From NCBI GenBank assembly GCA_902588335.1, contig CACIOV010000001.1, positions 1 through 45,049 of the forward strand: 45,049 nucleotides of DNA. The letters run 5' to 3'. Below, piece by piece: positions 1 to 9,780 of the stretch. The stretch comes from an uncultured Pelagibacteraceae bacterium. Lineage in GTDB: Bacteria; Pseudomonadota; Alphaproteobacteria; Pelagibacterales; Pelagibacteraceae. The position numbers were made by a program, and so were the translations under genes. The notes beneath the pieces are model-generated. The model saw only the letters and a list, made by a program, of their open reading frames with translations, was not told the DNA's origin and did no database searches. Each line of letters begins with the position of its first letter. Positions within the stretch are counted from its first letter, which is position 1.

Positions 1-437
1 ATGGAAAAGTTGGTGAAATTTTTATTGATATGAATAAAGAAGGAGAGCTAGTAAAAGCTCTTATGAATAATTTTGCTATAGCTATTTCTTTAGGTCTCCA
101 GTATGGAGTTCCTTTGGATGAATTTGTAGATGCCTTTATAGAAACTAAATTTGAACCTTCGGGAGAAATTACTGGTAACGATAGAATATTAAATGCATCA
201 TCTATTCTAGATTACATCTTTAGAGAACTAGCAATATCTTATTTAGGCAGAGAAGATCTTGCTCACACACCTTTGATCAACAAACCTATTAATGAAAAAA
301 TTGGAAATGATGATAACGAAGATACTTTTTTAAAATTAGTTAAAGGTATAACAAGTAAAGGTTTTATTAGAAGCAATTATAAAGATAAACTAGTTGATCT
401 TAGTAATGTAAGAATAAATTTAAAGAGTAATAAGTAA
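1..437 (+). CDS. nrdJ: Class II (adenosylcobalamin-dependent) ribonucleotide reductase, C-terminal fragment; the start lies upstream of the window
   Basis: Frame-3 translation from nt 3 reads [45 protein letters not shown]...FEPSG. This matches the conserved C-terminal block of B12-dependent RNR. Stop TAA at 435-437. Confidence 0.8.
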   Translation, partial: GKVGEIFIDMNKEGELVKALMNNFAIAISLGLQYGVPLDEFVDAFIETKFEPSGEITGNDRILNASSILDYIFRELAISYLGREDLAHTPLINKPINEKIGNDDNEDTFLKLVKGITSKGFIRSNYKDKLVDLSNVRINLKSNK

Positions 438-440
438 AAA

Positions 441-2234
441 TTATTTCTTTTTTTCCAAAACTTTGATATTTAATTCTTTAAGTTGATGTTCATCTGGTCT
501 TGATGGGGCTCCCATTAATAAATCTTCTGCCTGTTGGTTCATAGGAAACATAGTAATTTCGCGTATATTATCTGTGTCTGCTAACAACATAACAATTCTA
601 TCAATTCCTGGTGCCATTCCTCCATGTGGTGGAGCACCGTACGAAAGAGCTTTTATCATTCCTTCAAATTTCTTATTTACCTGGTCTTTGGAGTAACCAA
701 CTTTAGAAAAAACCTTATACATTAAATCTGGTAAATGATTTCTTATTGCTCCTGAGGATATTTCATGACCATTGCATACTAGATCGTATTGATATGCTTT
801 TATCGACAGAGGATCAGATTTATCAAAATCATTTAAATCAATTTGTGGCATGGAAAAAGGATTATGACTAAAATCGATTTTCTTTTCTTTCTCATTATAT
901 TGGTACATGGGATAATCTACTATCCAACAAAATTCGAATTTCTTGCTATTTATTAGATTAAGTTCTTTGCCCAATTTTTCTCTTACAATACCAGAAATTC
1001 TTTCCACTTCTTTTACCTGGTCAGAAGAGAAAAATACTGCATCACTTTCTTTTATTTTACAAATTTTTGCCAATTCATTAATGGCCTGTTCAGAAAAAAA
1101 TTTTCCTAAAGGTCCTTTTCCAATTAATTTATCTTTGTTTTTTTCAAATAAAATATAGCCCAATCCTTTTGCTCCTTCTTCTTTGGCCCAATTATTATAC
1201 CCATCAAAAAAACTTCTGGGTTTAGTTGAAGTGTTTGGAGCAGGTATGGCTCTTACTACTCCTCCTTTTTCAATTACTTTTTTGAAAATTTCTAATTTAC
1301 AATCATCTCTTTTCATAACTTCTGTTACATCAAATATTTCAATTGGGTTTCTCAAATCTGGTTTGTCAGTCCCATATTTCAACATTGAGGTTTTATAATC
1401 GATTCTTTTAAATGGAGTTTTAGAAACAGTTTTTCCTTTTCCAAATTCAGTAAAAAGTTTATAGAAAATTGGCTCTACTGCATTAAACACATCCTGCTGT
1501 TCAACAAAAGACATCTCTATATCTAATTGGTAGTGCTCTCCAGGACTTCTATCTGCTCTACCGTCTTCATCTCTAAAACAAGGTGCTATTTGAAAATATT
1601 TATCAAAGCCAGAAATCATAACCATTTGTTTAAATTGCTGAGGTGCTTGTGGTAATGCATAAAATTTTCCATGATGCATTCTACTTGGAACTAAAAAATC
1701 TCTTGCTCCCTCGGGGCTAGATGCAGTTAATATTGGTGTTTGAAATTCCAAAAACCCTTCTGAGATCATTTTATTTCTTACGTAAGAAATTACTTTGGAT
1801 CTTAATATAATATTATCATGCATTTCCTTCCTTCTTAAATCTAAGAATCTATATTTTAATCTTGTTTCCTCAGGATAATTTTGTTCTCCAAAAACAGGCA
1901 TGGGCAAATCATTAGATTCTGATAAAATTTCAAAAGAAGAAACTTTTATTTCAATCTCTCCGGTAAATAAATTTTTATTTATTGTTTCCTTTGATCTATT
2001 AACAACTAACCCTGACACACATACAACTGATTCAGGTTTTATTTTTTCTGCTATCTTAAAAAATTTATTGCTATTTTCAATAACACACTGTGTTAAACCG
2101 AAATGATCTCTTAAATCGAAAAATAAAAGATTGCCATGATCTCTCTTTCTATGAATCCAGCCTGAAAGTTTTATGGTTTCACCAGTATTTTTTTTGGTAA
2201 TTTCCGAACATGTATGAGTTCTATATTTGTGCAA
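441..2234 (-). CDS. aspS: Aspartyl-tRNA synthetase
   Basis: 597 aa with class IIb aaRS hallmarks: [20 protein letters not shown]...[26 protein letters not shown] start preceded by AAGGAA. Confidence 0.95.
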   Translation of the reverse strand: MHKYRTHTCSEITKKNTGETIKLSGWIHRKRDHGNLLFFDLRDHFGLTQCVIENSNKFFKIAEKIKPESVVCVSGLVVNRSKETINKNLFTGEIEIKVSSFEILSESNDLPMPVFGEQNYPEETRLKYRFLDLRRKEMHDNIILRSKVISYVRNKMISEGFLEFQTPILTASSPEGARDFLVPSRMHHGKFYALPQAPQQFKQMVMISGFDKYFQIAPCFRDEDGRADRSPGEHYQLDIEMSFVEQQDVFNAVEPIFYKLFTEFGKGKTVSKTPFKRIDYKTSMLKYGTDKPDLRNPIEIFDVTEVMKRDDCKLEIFKKVIEKGGVVRAIPAPNTSTKPRSFFDGYNNWAKEEGAKGLGYILFEKNKDKLIGKGPLGKFFSEQAINELAKICKIKESDAVFFSSDQVKEVERISGIVREKLGKELNLINSKKFEFCWIVDYPMYQYNEKEKKIDFSHNPFSMPQIDLNDFDKSDPLSIKAYQYDLVCNGHEISSGAIRNHLPDLMYKVFSKVGYSKDQVNKKFEGMIKALSYGAPPHGGMAPGIDRIVMLLADTDNIREITMFPMNQQAEDLLMGAPSRPDEHQLKELNIKVLEKKK

Positions 2235-2255
2235 TGTGATTCCTTTTTTAAAAAT

Positions 2256-2915
2256 TTATATCATTTTTAACACTTCTTTAATCATTTTTAAGCCAAATGG
2301 GCTTCCTTTTTTTAAAGAATATTTATCTAAAGTTAAAATAAATTGGGATATTTTTTCATAAGACCTATCGATTCTTTTTATAATGTAGTCAATATGCTTT
2401 TTTTCAACCTTTATTTGCTTATCTGAAAAGTTTTTTGCAAGAATTACACTAATCAAATCATCACTAGGTAGTTTTATTCCAATAATTAAACTGCTGTTAA
2501 CTCTAGATATTAAATCTTTTAACTTAAATTTATACAAATTAATTGGCTTTGTTGATGTTATAAGAAGATACTTATTATCTTGCAAAGCGACATTCCATAA
2601 TGAAAAAAGTAATTTTTCCGAAATATTTTCATTCAAATTTTCAATGATTAAAGCTTCTTTTGTTTTAAACTTAAAAAAAACTTTTTCATTTAGTTCTTTT
2701 GATTCCATTTGTAAACATTGTGTCTTATTTTTTAACATAGCAGCTAAATGAGATTTTCCCGAACCATAGGGGCCAAAAACATTAGCAATTCGTTTTACCC
2801 ATTTTGGCCAACTATTTATAAAATCATATGCCTCTTGATTACTTGAAGAAACATAGAAATCCTCTTTTTTAAAAGCGTGCTGTGAAGGAAATTTTAAAAT
2901 TAATTGATCATTCAT
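2256..2915 (-). CDS. hda: DnaA-related regulatory protein (Hda/HdaA family)
   Basis: 219 aa with Walker A GPYGSGKSHL and an AAA+ DnaA-like core, but no DnaA DNA-binding domain. It sits beside purMN, as in many proteobacteria. Confidence 0.7.
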   Translation of the reverse strand: MNDQLILKFPSQHAFKKEDFYVSSSNQEAYDFINSWPKWVKRIANVFGPYGSGKSHLAAMLKNKTQCLQMESKELNEKVFFKFKTKEALIIENLNENISEKLLFSLWNVALQDNKYLLITSTKPINLYKFKLKDLISRVNSSLIIGIKLPSDDLISVILAKNFSDKQIKVEKKHIDYIIKRIDRSYEKISQFILTLDKYSLKKGSPFGLKMIKEVLKMI

Positions 2916-4005
2916 TTAAATAAAGTTGCCAAAATCCTTGATCATTCCTTAGCTGATAACCATGTCTAAGCAATTCTGACCTTAGTTTTTTTGGATTGCC
3001 ATAATAATATATTTTAAAAAAAGAATTATTAATATTAAATTGTTCCAAAGCGTAATCCTCAATTATGCTTATTTTGTAAAAGATTTTTCTCAATTTATCC
3101 AAATCTTTAATATTTGCATGTTGAAATTTTATTTTTATTGATAGTGGCATTAAGAGGTTAATAAGATTTTCTTCTTTCCAAAGATCGGTGATTTTGAATT
3201 TCAAATCTTTTAAAATAGAATTTAATAACATTTTATCATTAATATTTTTTGCTTCATATGAAATATTTTTATTTATCTTATTGTTATTAAAATTAGTTTT
3301 AAGATGTATGTTTATTTTTGTATTTTGATATTCTATAAGTGCAAAAACATAATTTTTTACATCATATTTATTTACTAGATCGCTAACATCTATTTCTTCT
3401 ATTCTATCTTTTATTGCCACTATTTTAGAAATATCATCTAAATCTTCTAATGGTAATATAAAATTTATTAATTCATTTTCTATTTCAACTTGATTCCATT
3501 GTTTATAAAAAAAATTTTCATCAAAATTTTGAATTTCATTATTAATGAAAAGTAGAGGAAAGAATACTGCTGAAATGTTTTCAGGTTGAGAAAAAGAAAT
3601 ATTTCTTTCGCCCAAGAACTTTTTTACTTTAATATCATTATAAAATATTTTTATATTTGCTGTATATTCATTCTTACGATAACTTTCCTCTAATATTTGA
3701 AAACTACTAATCAAATTTTTTATTTGCTTTAATTTTATATTGTTTACTTTTGCTAAATCCCTTGAAAGTAGAATCTTAGTCGTAAGTATTTCAAAAGAAT
3801 TTATAAAAGCTTTATTGAGATATTTGTCTCTAGAAAAATTTAAATCTATTGTGCCTTTAACTTTAACATTATTTATAGTAAATATGTTTTCTTCTGCAAA
3901 ACTTTTTGTAAATGAAATAAATAGAAATATAGTTGCTGTTAAAAAAATAAGAATATATTCTCTTAAAGGAGCGATTAAATATTTAAAAAATAAATAACTT
4001 TTCAT
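2908..4005 (-). CDS. Secreted protein of unknown function (possibly DUF2066-like, judged by synteny only)
   Basis: 365 aa. The N-terminal signal-like segment is YILIFLTATIFLFISFTKSFA|EEN, and I recognise no catalytic motif. It overlaps the hda start by 8 nt. hda/unknown/purM synteny resembles that of gammaproteobacterial DUF2066 genes. Confidence 0.5.
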   Translation of the reverse strand: MKSYLFFKYLIAPLREYILIFLTATIFLFISFTKSFAEENIFTINNVKVKGTIDLNFSRDKYLNKAFINSFEILTTKILLSRDLAKVNNIKLKQIKNLISSFQILEESYRKNEYTANIKIFYNDIKVKKFLGERNISFSQPENISAVFFPLLFINNEIQNFDENFFYKQWNQVEIENELINFILPLEDLDDISKIVAIKDRIEEIDVSDLVNKYDVKNYVFALIEYQNTKINIHLKTNFNNNKINKNISYEAKNINDKMLLNSILKDLKFKITDLWKEENLINLLMPLSIKIKFQHANIKDLDKLRKIFYKISIIEDYALEQFNINNSFFKIYYYGNPKKLRSELLRHGYQLRNDQGFWQLYLNE

Positions 4006-5041
4006 GAAGAAGGCCTATAATACTTATAAAAAAAGCGGTGTTAATATGGCAACCGCAGATAAGTTAGTAAATTACATATCTAAAATATCAAGGAAAACTT
4101 ACAAAAAAAATACTGAAACAAAATCTTTTAAAAATATTGGTAGTTTTGGTTCAATTTTTGATTTGTCCCAATTAAAAATGAATAACCCTCTGATTGTATC
4201 ATCTGTTGATGGCGTTGGTACAAAAATTGAAATAGCAAACAAATTTAAAAAATATAAGACAATTGGAATAGATCTAGTCGCTATGTCTGTTAACGATTTG
4301 CTAGTTCAGGGCGCAAAACCAATTTTTTTTTTAGACTATATAGCTATTAATAAACTCAAATATAAAAAAGTAAAAAATATTTTAGATGGAATAGTTTTAG
4401 GATGTAAATTAGCAGATTGTGCTTTGATTGGTGGGGAAACAGCTGAAATGCCAGGAACTTATGCCAAAAATAAGTTTGATTTAGCTGGATTTGCAGTTGG
4501 TCTAGTTGAAAAAAAAAAATTATTAATCAAAACTAAAATTAAATCGGACGATATTGTGTTAGCAGTACCATCTTCAGGTCTACATTCAAATGGGTTTTCT
4601 CTAATTAGGCATGTATTAAAAAAAAAAACAATTTCTTCTTTGCCTTTGTATATTAAAAAAGAATTAATAAAACCAACAAAAATTTACGCCAGAGAACTTA
4701 ACAAAATTAATAAAAAAAAATTAATTAGTGGTTGTGCAAATATAACTGGTGGAGGATTGTTGAATAATTTAATTAGAATTGTTCCTGATAATTTGTGTTT
4801 AAATATTGATTTATCAAAAATAAAAATTAAAGCTATTTTTAAATGGTTAAAGCAAAAAAATATAACGGATTCTGAAATGCTTAAAACATTTAATTGTGGA
4901 GTTGGTTTTTGCTTAATTGCAAAAAGGCAAAATATAAATAAAATTAAAAGAATATTTTCTAAAGAATATCAGCCTTATCCAATTGGTTTTGTTTCTAAAG
5001 AAAAAATAAAAATTAAAACATCGGGAATACTTAAATGGTAA
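4004..5041 (+). CDS. purM: Phosphoribosylformylglycinamidine cyclo-ligase (AIR synthetase)
   Basis: 345 aa with YKKSGVN...DGVGTK...DLVAMSVNDL...GGETAEMPG...SSGLHSNGFSL motifs. Followed by purN with an ATGGTAA overlap. Confidence 0.95.
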   Translation: MKKAYNTYKKSGVNMATADKLVNYISKISRKTYKKNTETKSFKNIGSFGSIFDLSQLKMNNPLIVSSVDGVGTKIEIANKFKKYKTIGIDLVAMSVNDLLVQGAKPIFFLDYIAINKLKYKKVKNILDGIVLGCKLADCALIGGETAEMPGTYAKNKFDLAGFAVGLVEKKKLLIKTKIKSDDIVLAVPSSGLHSNGFSLIRHVLKKKTISSLPLYIKKELIKPTKIYARELNKINKKKLISGCANITGGGLLNNLIRIVPDNLCLNIDLSKIKIKAIFKWLKQKNITDSEMLKTFNCGVGFCLIAKRQNINKIKRIFSKEYQPYPIGFVSKEKIKIKTSGILKW

Positions 5042-5598
5042 AAAAAATAAGATCATGTGTTTTTATTTCTGGCAAAGGATCAAACCTTAAATCCTTGATA
5101 AAAAACTCAAGAGATTACAATTTTCCAATTAAAATCGAACTAATTATATCAAATAATATAAAAGCAGGCGGAATCCGGTTAGCAAAACAATACTCCATTC
5201 CATATAAATTTTTTCCATCTGATGATCAAAAAAAATTTGAAAGAAACTGCTTAATTGAAATAAAGAAAAGAAAAATAAAGTTTTTATGTCTAGCTGGCTT
5301 TATGAAGATATTATCAAGTGATTTTATAAGAACCTTTCGTCATAAAATTATAAATATTCATCCCTCTTTACTACCAAAATATAAAGGAATTAATACTCAT
5401 AAAAGAGTTTTAAAAAGTAAAGAGAAATACTCAGGTTGCACTGTTCATTTTGTTACACCCATATTAGATTCTGGAAAAATAATTTCACAAAGGAAAATCT
5501 TAATCGGCAAAAGTGAAACGGAAGATTCTCTTAGAACTAAAATTTTAAAGCAAGAGCATAAACTTTATTCTCAATCAATCATTGCTATATTTAAATAA
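5035..5598 (+). CDS. purN: Phosphoribosylglycinamide formyltransferase
   Basis: 187 aa with SGKGSNL, LAGFMKIL, INIHPSLLPKYKG and GCTVHFV motifs typical of GAR transformylase. Confidence 0.92.
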   Translation: MVKKIRSCVFISGKGSNLKSLIKNSRDYNFPIKIELIISNNIKAGGIRLAKQYSIPYKFFPSDDQKKFERNCLIEIKKRKIKFLCLAGFMKILSSDFIRTFRHKIINIHPSLLPKYKGINTHKRVLKSKEKYSGCTVHFVTPILDSGKIISQRKILIGKSETEDSLRTKILKQEHKLYSQSIIAIFK

Positions 5599-5602
5599 TT
5601 AT

Positions 5603-6004
5603 TTATTTAAAAAAAAAATTTATTTCAATTTTTCCATTTTCAACACTATCTGATCCGTGAACAGAATTTTTATCAATTGAAATACCGTACATTTTCCTTA
5701 ATGTTCCTTCTTCAGCTTTAGTAGGATCAGTAGCTCCCATTAACTGTCTATTTTTTGATACTACATTTTCACCCTCTAATATCATTGCTATTATTGGGCC
5801 AGATGACAAATAGCTACACAATTTATCATAAAATGGTTTTGATTGATGCACTTTATAAAATTCAGATGCTTCTTCTTTTGAAATTTTAATCTTCTTACTT
5901 TTTAAAATTTTTATATTATTTTTTTTAAAAAATGATTTTATTTCTTTATCTAATTTTCTTTCTACAGCATCAGGTTTAATGATTGATAAAGTTTGCTCAA
6001 TCAT
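5603..6004 (-). CDS. ndk: Nucleoside diphosphate kinase
   Basis: 133 aa with TLSIIKPDAV, GATDP and the NSVHGSDS active-site His region. Confidence 0.95.
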   Translation of the reverse strand: MIEQTLSIIKPDAVERKLDKEIKSFFKKNNIKILKSKKIKISKEEASEFYKVHQSKPFYDKLCSYLSSGPIIAMILEGENVVSKNRQLMGATDPTKAEEGTLRKMYGISIDKNSVHGSDSVENGKIEINFFFK

Positions 6005-6007
6005 ATT

Positions 6008-7486
6008 TTATTCGTAATATTCTTTTACTAAATTATTTAACAGCCTTACTCCAAAGCCCGTTGCACCTCCAGGATTTAAATTTGCAGCTTTTTTTGAAAA
6101 TGCCATTCCAGCAATATCCAAATGTACCCATGGAGTATTGTTAATAATAAATCTTTGTAAAAATTGAGCTGCTGTAATAGATCCTGCTCCTCCTGCATAA
6201 TTAATGTTTTGAACATCAGCTATACTTGAATTCATCAACTTGTCATAATTCTTATGAAGAGGCAATCTCCAAACTTTTTCATTTACATTTTCGCTTGCTT
6301 TAAAAACATTTTTAGATAGTTCGTCGTTATTTGAAAATAATCCAGCATATTCTTCTCCCAAACTTACAATTATTGCACCGGTTAATGTAGCAAGATCTAT
6401 AATAAATTTTGGTTTATATTTTTTCTCTGCAAAACTTAAAGCGTCCGCTAAAACAAGTCTTCCTTCAGCATCAGTATTGAGCACTTCTATAGTTTTGCCT
6501 GAATAAGATTTAACAATATCACCCGGCCTTTGAGCATTTCCTCCTGGCATATTTTCAACTAATCCAACTACACCAACAGCATTTATTTTTGCCTTTCTTA
6601 ATGCAAATGATTTTAACAAACCTACAACAACTGCTGAGCCAGCCATATCATATTTCATTTCTTCCATGAATCTTGCTGGCTTTAATGAAATACCTCCTGT
6701 ATCAAAGCACACTCCTTTTCCAACAAAAGCTAAAGGATTTTGTTTTGATTGTTTTTTTCCATTCCATTCAATAGTCACTAGATAAGATTCATTAACACTT
6801 CCTTGCCCAACTCCTAACAAAGCATTAAAACCTAATTTTTTTAATTCTTTTTCATCATATGCTTTTACTTTTAGTCCAAGCTTAGACAATTTTTTAATTT
6901 CTTGTACATAAGTTTTGGGATTTAAAACATTAGGAGGCTCCGAAACTAAATCTCTAGTTAAAAAAACTCCATCTTTTATTGCTTCATAATATTTATAATT
7001 ATTTCCTATATCATTTTTATAAGAAGTTACAATTTTGGTATCGATTTTACTATTTAGGTTTTCTTTACTTAAAGTTTTATACTTATTGAAAGTGTAACCC
7101 TTTAGATTAAATCCAAAAATAAATTCGGAAAAACACTTTGCTAATTTATCCTTTTGTTCATTTAAACTGTCTGCATATATATCAATTGAATTAATATTTT
7201 TAAATTTTTTAACATAAGTATAAAACGCTCCGCCAATCTCTTCGAAATAATAATTTTCATACTTATTTTTAACTTTAATTATAAAACATTTCTTTTTTTC
7301 AGAAATATCTAACGAGTTTATTTCCTCTTTCTTCTTTTTTGTTTTTAATGACTTGAGAAATGAATCAATTTTTTTACCTAGTTCATTAGATAAAACATTC
7401 TTTTTATCTTTGTAGTCGTATTTTTCTGTTACAAAAATGACAAATGCATCATTATTTTCACCTAAACTGCTTGCAAAACTTAACAT
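6008..7486 (-). CDS. pepA: Leucyl aminopeptidase (M17)
   Basis: 492 aa with VGKGVCFDTGGISLKP and NTDAEGRLVLAD M17 signatures. Divergent from lptFG, as in E. coli and alphaproteobacteria. Confidence 0.93.
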   Translation of the reverse strand: MLSFASSLGENNDAFVIFVTEKYDYKDKKNVLSNELGKKIDSFLKSLKTKKKKEEINSLDISEKKKCFIIKVKNKYENYYFEEIGGAFYTYVKKFKNINSIDIYADSLNEQKDKLAKCFSEFIFGFNLKGYTFNKYKTLSKENLNSKIDTKIVTSYKNDIGNNYKYYEAIKDGVFLTRDLVSEPPNVLNPKTYVQEIKKLSKLGLKVKAYDEKELKKLGFNALLGVGQGSVNESYLVTIEWNGKKQSKQNPLAFVGKGVCFDTGGISLKPARFMEEMKYDMAGSAVVVGLLKSFALRKAKINAVGVVGLVENMPGGNAQRPGDIVKSYSGKTIEVLNTDAEGRLVLADALSFAEKKYKPKFIIDLATLTGAIIVSLGEEYAGLFSNNDELSKNVFKASENVNEKVWRLPLHKNYDKLMNSSIADVQNINYAGGAGSITAAQFLQRFIINNTPWVHLDIAGMAFSKKAANLNPGGATGFGVRLLNNLVKEYYE

Positions 7487-7558
7487 TTTTCCTACCTTTA
7501 ACGTAAAAATTGAATTCTATTCAAAGTTGATTTATTAAATACATAATACATCTTTTAA

Positions 7559-8686
7559 ATGAAAAAAACAATTTACAGATATTTTTTTTATGAATTTCTA
7601 AGATATTTTACCATAACTCTATTTGCTTTGGCTATAATAGTTTGGACTATCCAAGCAGTAAACTATCTTGATCTTGTTTCTGAAGATGGACACGCATTTA
7701 CAATTTACTTTTCTTATTCATTTTTAACATTATCAAAAGTAATAACAAAGCTTATGCCCTTCTGTTTCTTGATAGCAACAGTACTAACGGTTTCAAAATT
7801 AGAAAAGGATAATGAGCTTATGGTCCTTTGGACTTCTGGTTTAAATAAAATTCATATTGCAAATTTTTTATTTACTGTATCCCTTCTAGTGATGTTTTTG
7901 CAAATTTTATTTACCACCGCTATTAACCCCAAACTATTATATATTTCTAGAATGTTATTAAAAAATTCAGAATTACAATTTATTCCATCGTTGCTTAAAG
8001 AAAGGCAGTTCAATGACACTGTAGAAGGTCTAACAATATTTGTTGATAAAAAAGATGATGATCAAGTTTTTAGAAATATTTTTATAAGGGATGATGGCAA
8101 AATTTTATCTGAAGTAGATGGTTCGTCTTCTACAATTTTTGCTGAATATGGTTATATCAATGATGAAGAAAAAAATTTAATTTTACACAATGGTAGTATT
8201 CAAAGACTGAAAGAAGATGGATCAATTAACGTTTTTCAATTTGATAAAACCGCACTTAATCTTTCTGGTCTTGCTACAAAAAGTATTTCTGAACCAAAAA
8301 TGCAAGAAACTTCCACTATAGAAATTTTTTCTTGCCTCATTCAAAAAGATATAAGTATACATAACTGTAATCTTGATAAAAAATCTCTTATGGATAATAA
8401 AATAGAAATTAATAAAAGATTTGGTATGCCCTTTTATATACCTTTGATTGCACTGCTGTGTAGTTTTTTGCTAGCTTCAAGAAAAGACAAAAAAATATAC
8501 AGTTATAAAAAATATATTTATTTTTTTATTGGTTTTTTAATCCTAGCTTCTTCAGAAATAATCGTAAGATATTCTGGAACTTCATGGAAACATAGTGCTG
8601 CTTATTATTTGATACCTTTGCTAATGAGTCCATTGTTTTATTTAATTTTAATAAGAACTTTTAAATATGAAAATTTGTCTAAATAA
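7559..8686 (+). CDS. lptF: LPS export ABC permease LptF (YjgP/YjgQ family)
   Basis: 375-aa polytopic membrane protein with a central periplasmic domain. It lies divergent from pepA and upstream of its paralog lptG and of lptD. Confidence 0.85.
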   Translation: MKKTIYRYFFYEFLRYFTITLFALAIIVWTIQAVNYLDLVSEDGHAFTIYFSYSFLTLSKVITKLMPFCFLIATVLTVSKLEKDNELMVLWTSGLNKIHIANFLFTVSLLVMFLQILFTTAINPKLLYISRMLLKNSELQFIPSLLKERQFNDTVEGLTIFVDKKDDDQVFRNIFIRDDGKILSEVDGSSSTIFAEYGYINDEEKNLILHNGSIQRLKEDGSINVFQFDKTALNLSGLATKSISEPKMQETSTIEIFSCLIQKDISIHNCNLDKKSLMDNKIEINKRFGMPFYIPLIALLCSFLLASRKDKKIYSYKKYIYFFIGFLILASSEIIVRYSGTSWKHSAAYYLIPLLMSPLFYLILIRTFKYENLSK

Positions 8687-8688
8687 TC

Positions 8689-9780
8689 ATGATTAGATCT
8701 CTCATAATAAATAAATATATTATTAAAGAATTTATTAAAACTGTCATAATTATGCTCTTAGCTTGTTTCTGCTTAGGTTTTATTGTGAACTTATTTGAAG
8801 AAATAAATTTTTTTAAAGACCTTGATGTTGGTATCTACCTTCCCATAATGATGACAACTCTATTTGTACCAACTTTACTTTATAATATGTTTCCTTTCAT
8901 AGTTTTGCTTTCAGGTATTTGGTTTTTTTTAAAAATAAAAAAAAGTGATGAAGTAACAGCCATGAAGGTTTTTGGAATGTCAAATTTTTCAATAATTATA
9001 GTTCCAGGTCTTATATCAATTCTTTTAGGTGTTTTTTTTGTAACATCAATAAATCCAATCACTTCTGTTTTGGTTATGAAATACGAAAGAATAAAAGGAA
9101 ACTATGAGAGAGATCTAGACTATCTTGCAGCAATTACTGAAAACGGAATATGGATTAAAGAAAAAAGCTTAGAAAAAAATACAATTATTAGATCTTCTCA
9201 CTTAGAAAATGAAAATTTAATGGAGGTAACAATTTACGAATTTGATGATGATATAAATTTTTTAAGAAGAATTGAAGCTACTTCTGCTAATATAAATTCA
9301 AATAAATGGAATTTGAAAAATGTAAAAATTATAGACAAAAAGGGAAAAATTGTTTCGGACAATATAAAAAATTTTTCATACACCAGTGTATATGATTTGA
9401 AAAAAATCAAAACTTTATATTCAAATCTAGATACTATCTCATTTTGGAATATAGAAGATCAAATTAGACTTCTAGAAGAAAGAGGCTATTCTACAAGGGA
9501 AATGGAAACAAAGCTCCATAAATCACTCGCTTTTCCTTTCTTTTTATTAAGCATGCTTTTGTTAAGTGGTGTTTTTACTTTAGGGACAAATATTAAAGAA
9601 AATAATTCGACCTACATATTTTTAGCTATAGTTTCGAGTGTAATAATTTATTTTTTTAATGATCTTTCATCAGTTTTAGGCAAAACAGAAAAATTACCGA
9701 TAAGTATTTCTGTTTGGATGCCAATAGTAATTATTTTTATTTTTAGCGCAGTAGGTGTTATCCATGCAAATCAAAAATAG
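8689..9780 (+). CDS. lptG: LPS export ABC permease LptG
   Basis: 363-aa YjgP/YjgQ-type paralog lying 2 nt after lptF. Confidence 0.85.
   Translation: MIRSLIINKYIIKEFIKTVIIMLLACFCLGFIVNLFEEINFFKDLDVGIYLPIMMTTLFVPTLLYNMFPFIVLLSGIWFFLKIKKSDEVTAMKVFGMSNFSIIIVPGLISILLGVFFVTSINPITSVLVMKYERIKGNYERDLDYLAAITENGIWIKEKSLEKNTIIRSSHLENENLMEVTIYEFDDDINFLRRIEATSANINSNKWNLKNVKIIDKKGKIVSDNIKNFSYTSVYDLKKIKTLYSNLDTISFWNIEDQIRLLEERGYSTREMETKLHKSLAFPFFLLSMLLLSGVFTLGTNIKENNSTYIFLAIVSSVIIYFFNDLSSVLGKTEKLPISISVWMPIVIIFIFSAVGVIHANQK

Noticed and set aside
7510-7524. Palindrome TTGAAT-tct-ATTCAA in the pepA/lptF divergent promoter region. I considered an operator, since PepA is a DNA-binding protein in E. coli.
   Set aside because: It is a short, AT-rich 6-bp inverted repeat of the kind expected by chance here, and it matches no known PepA site.
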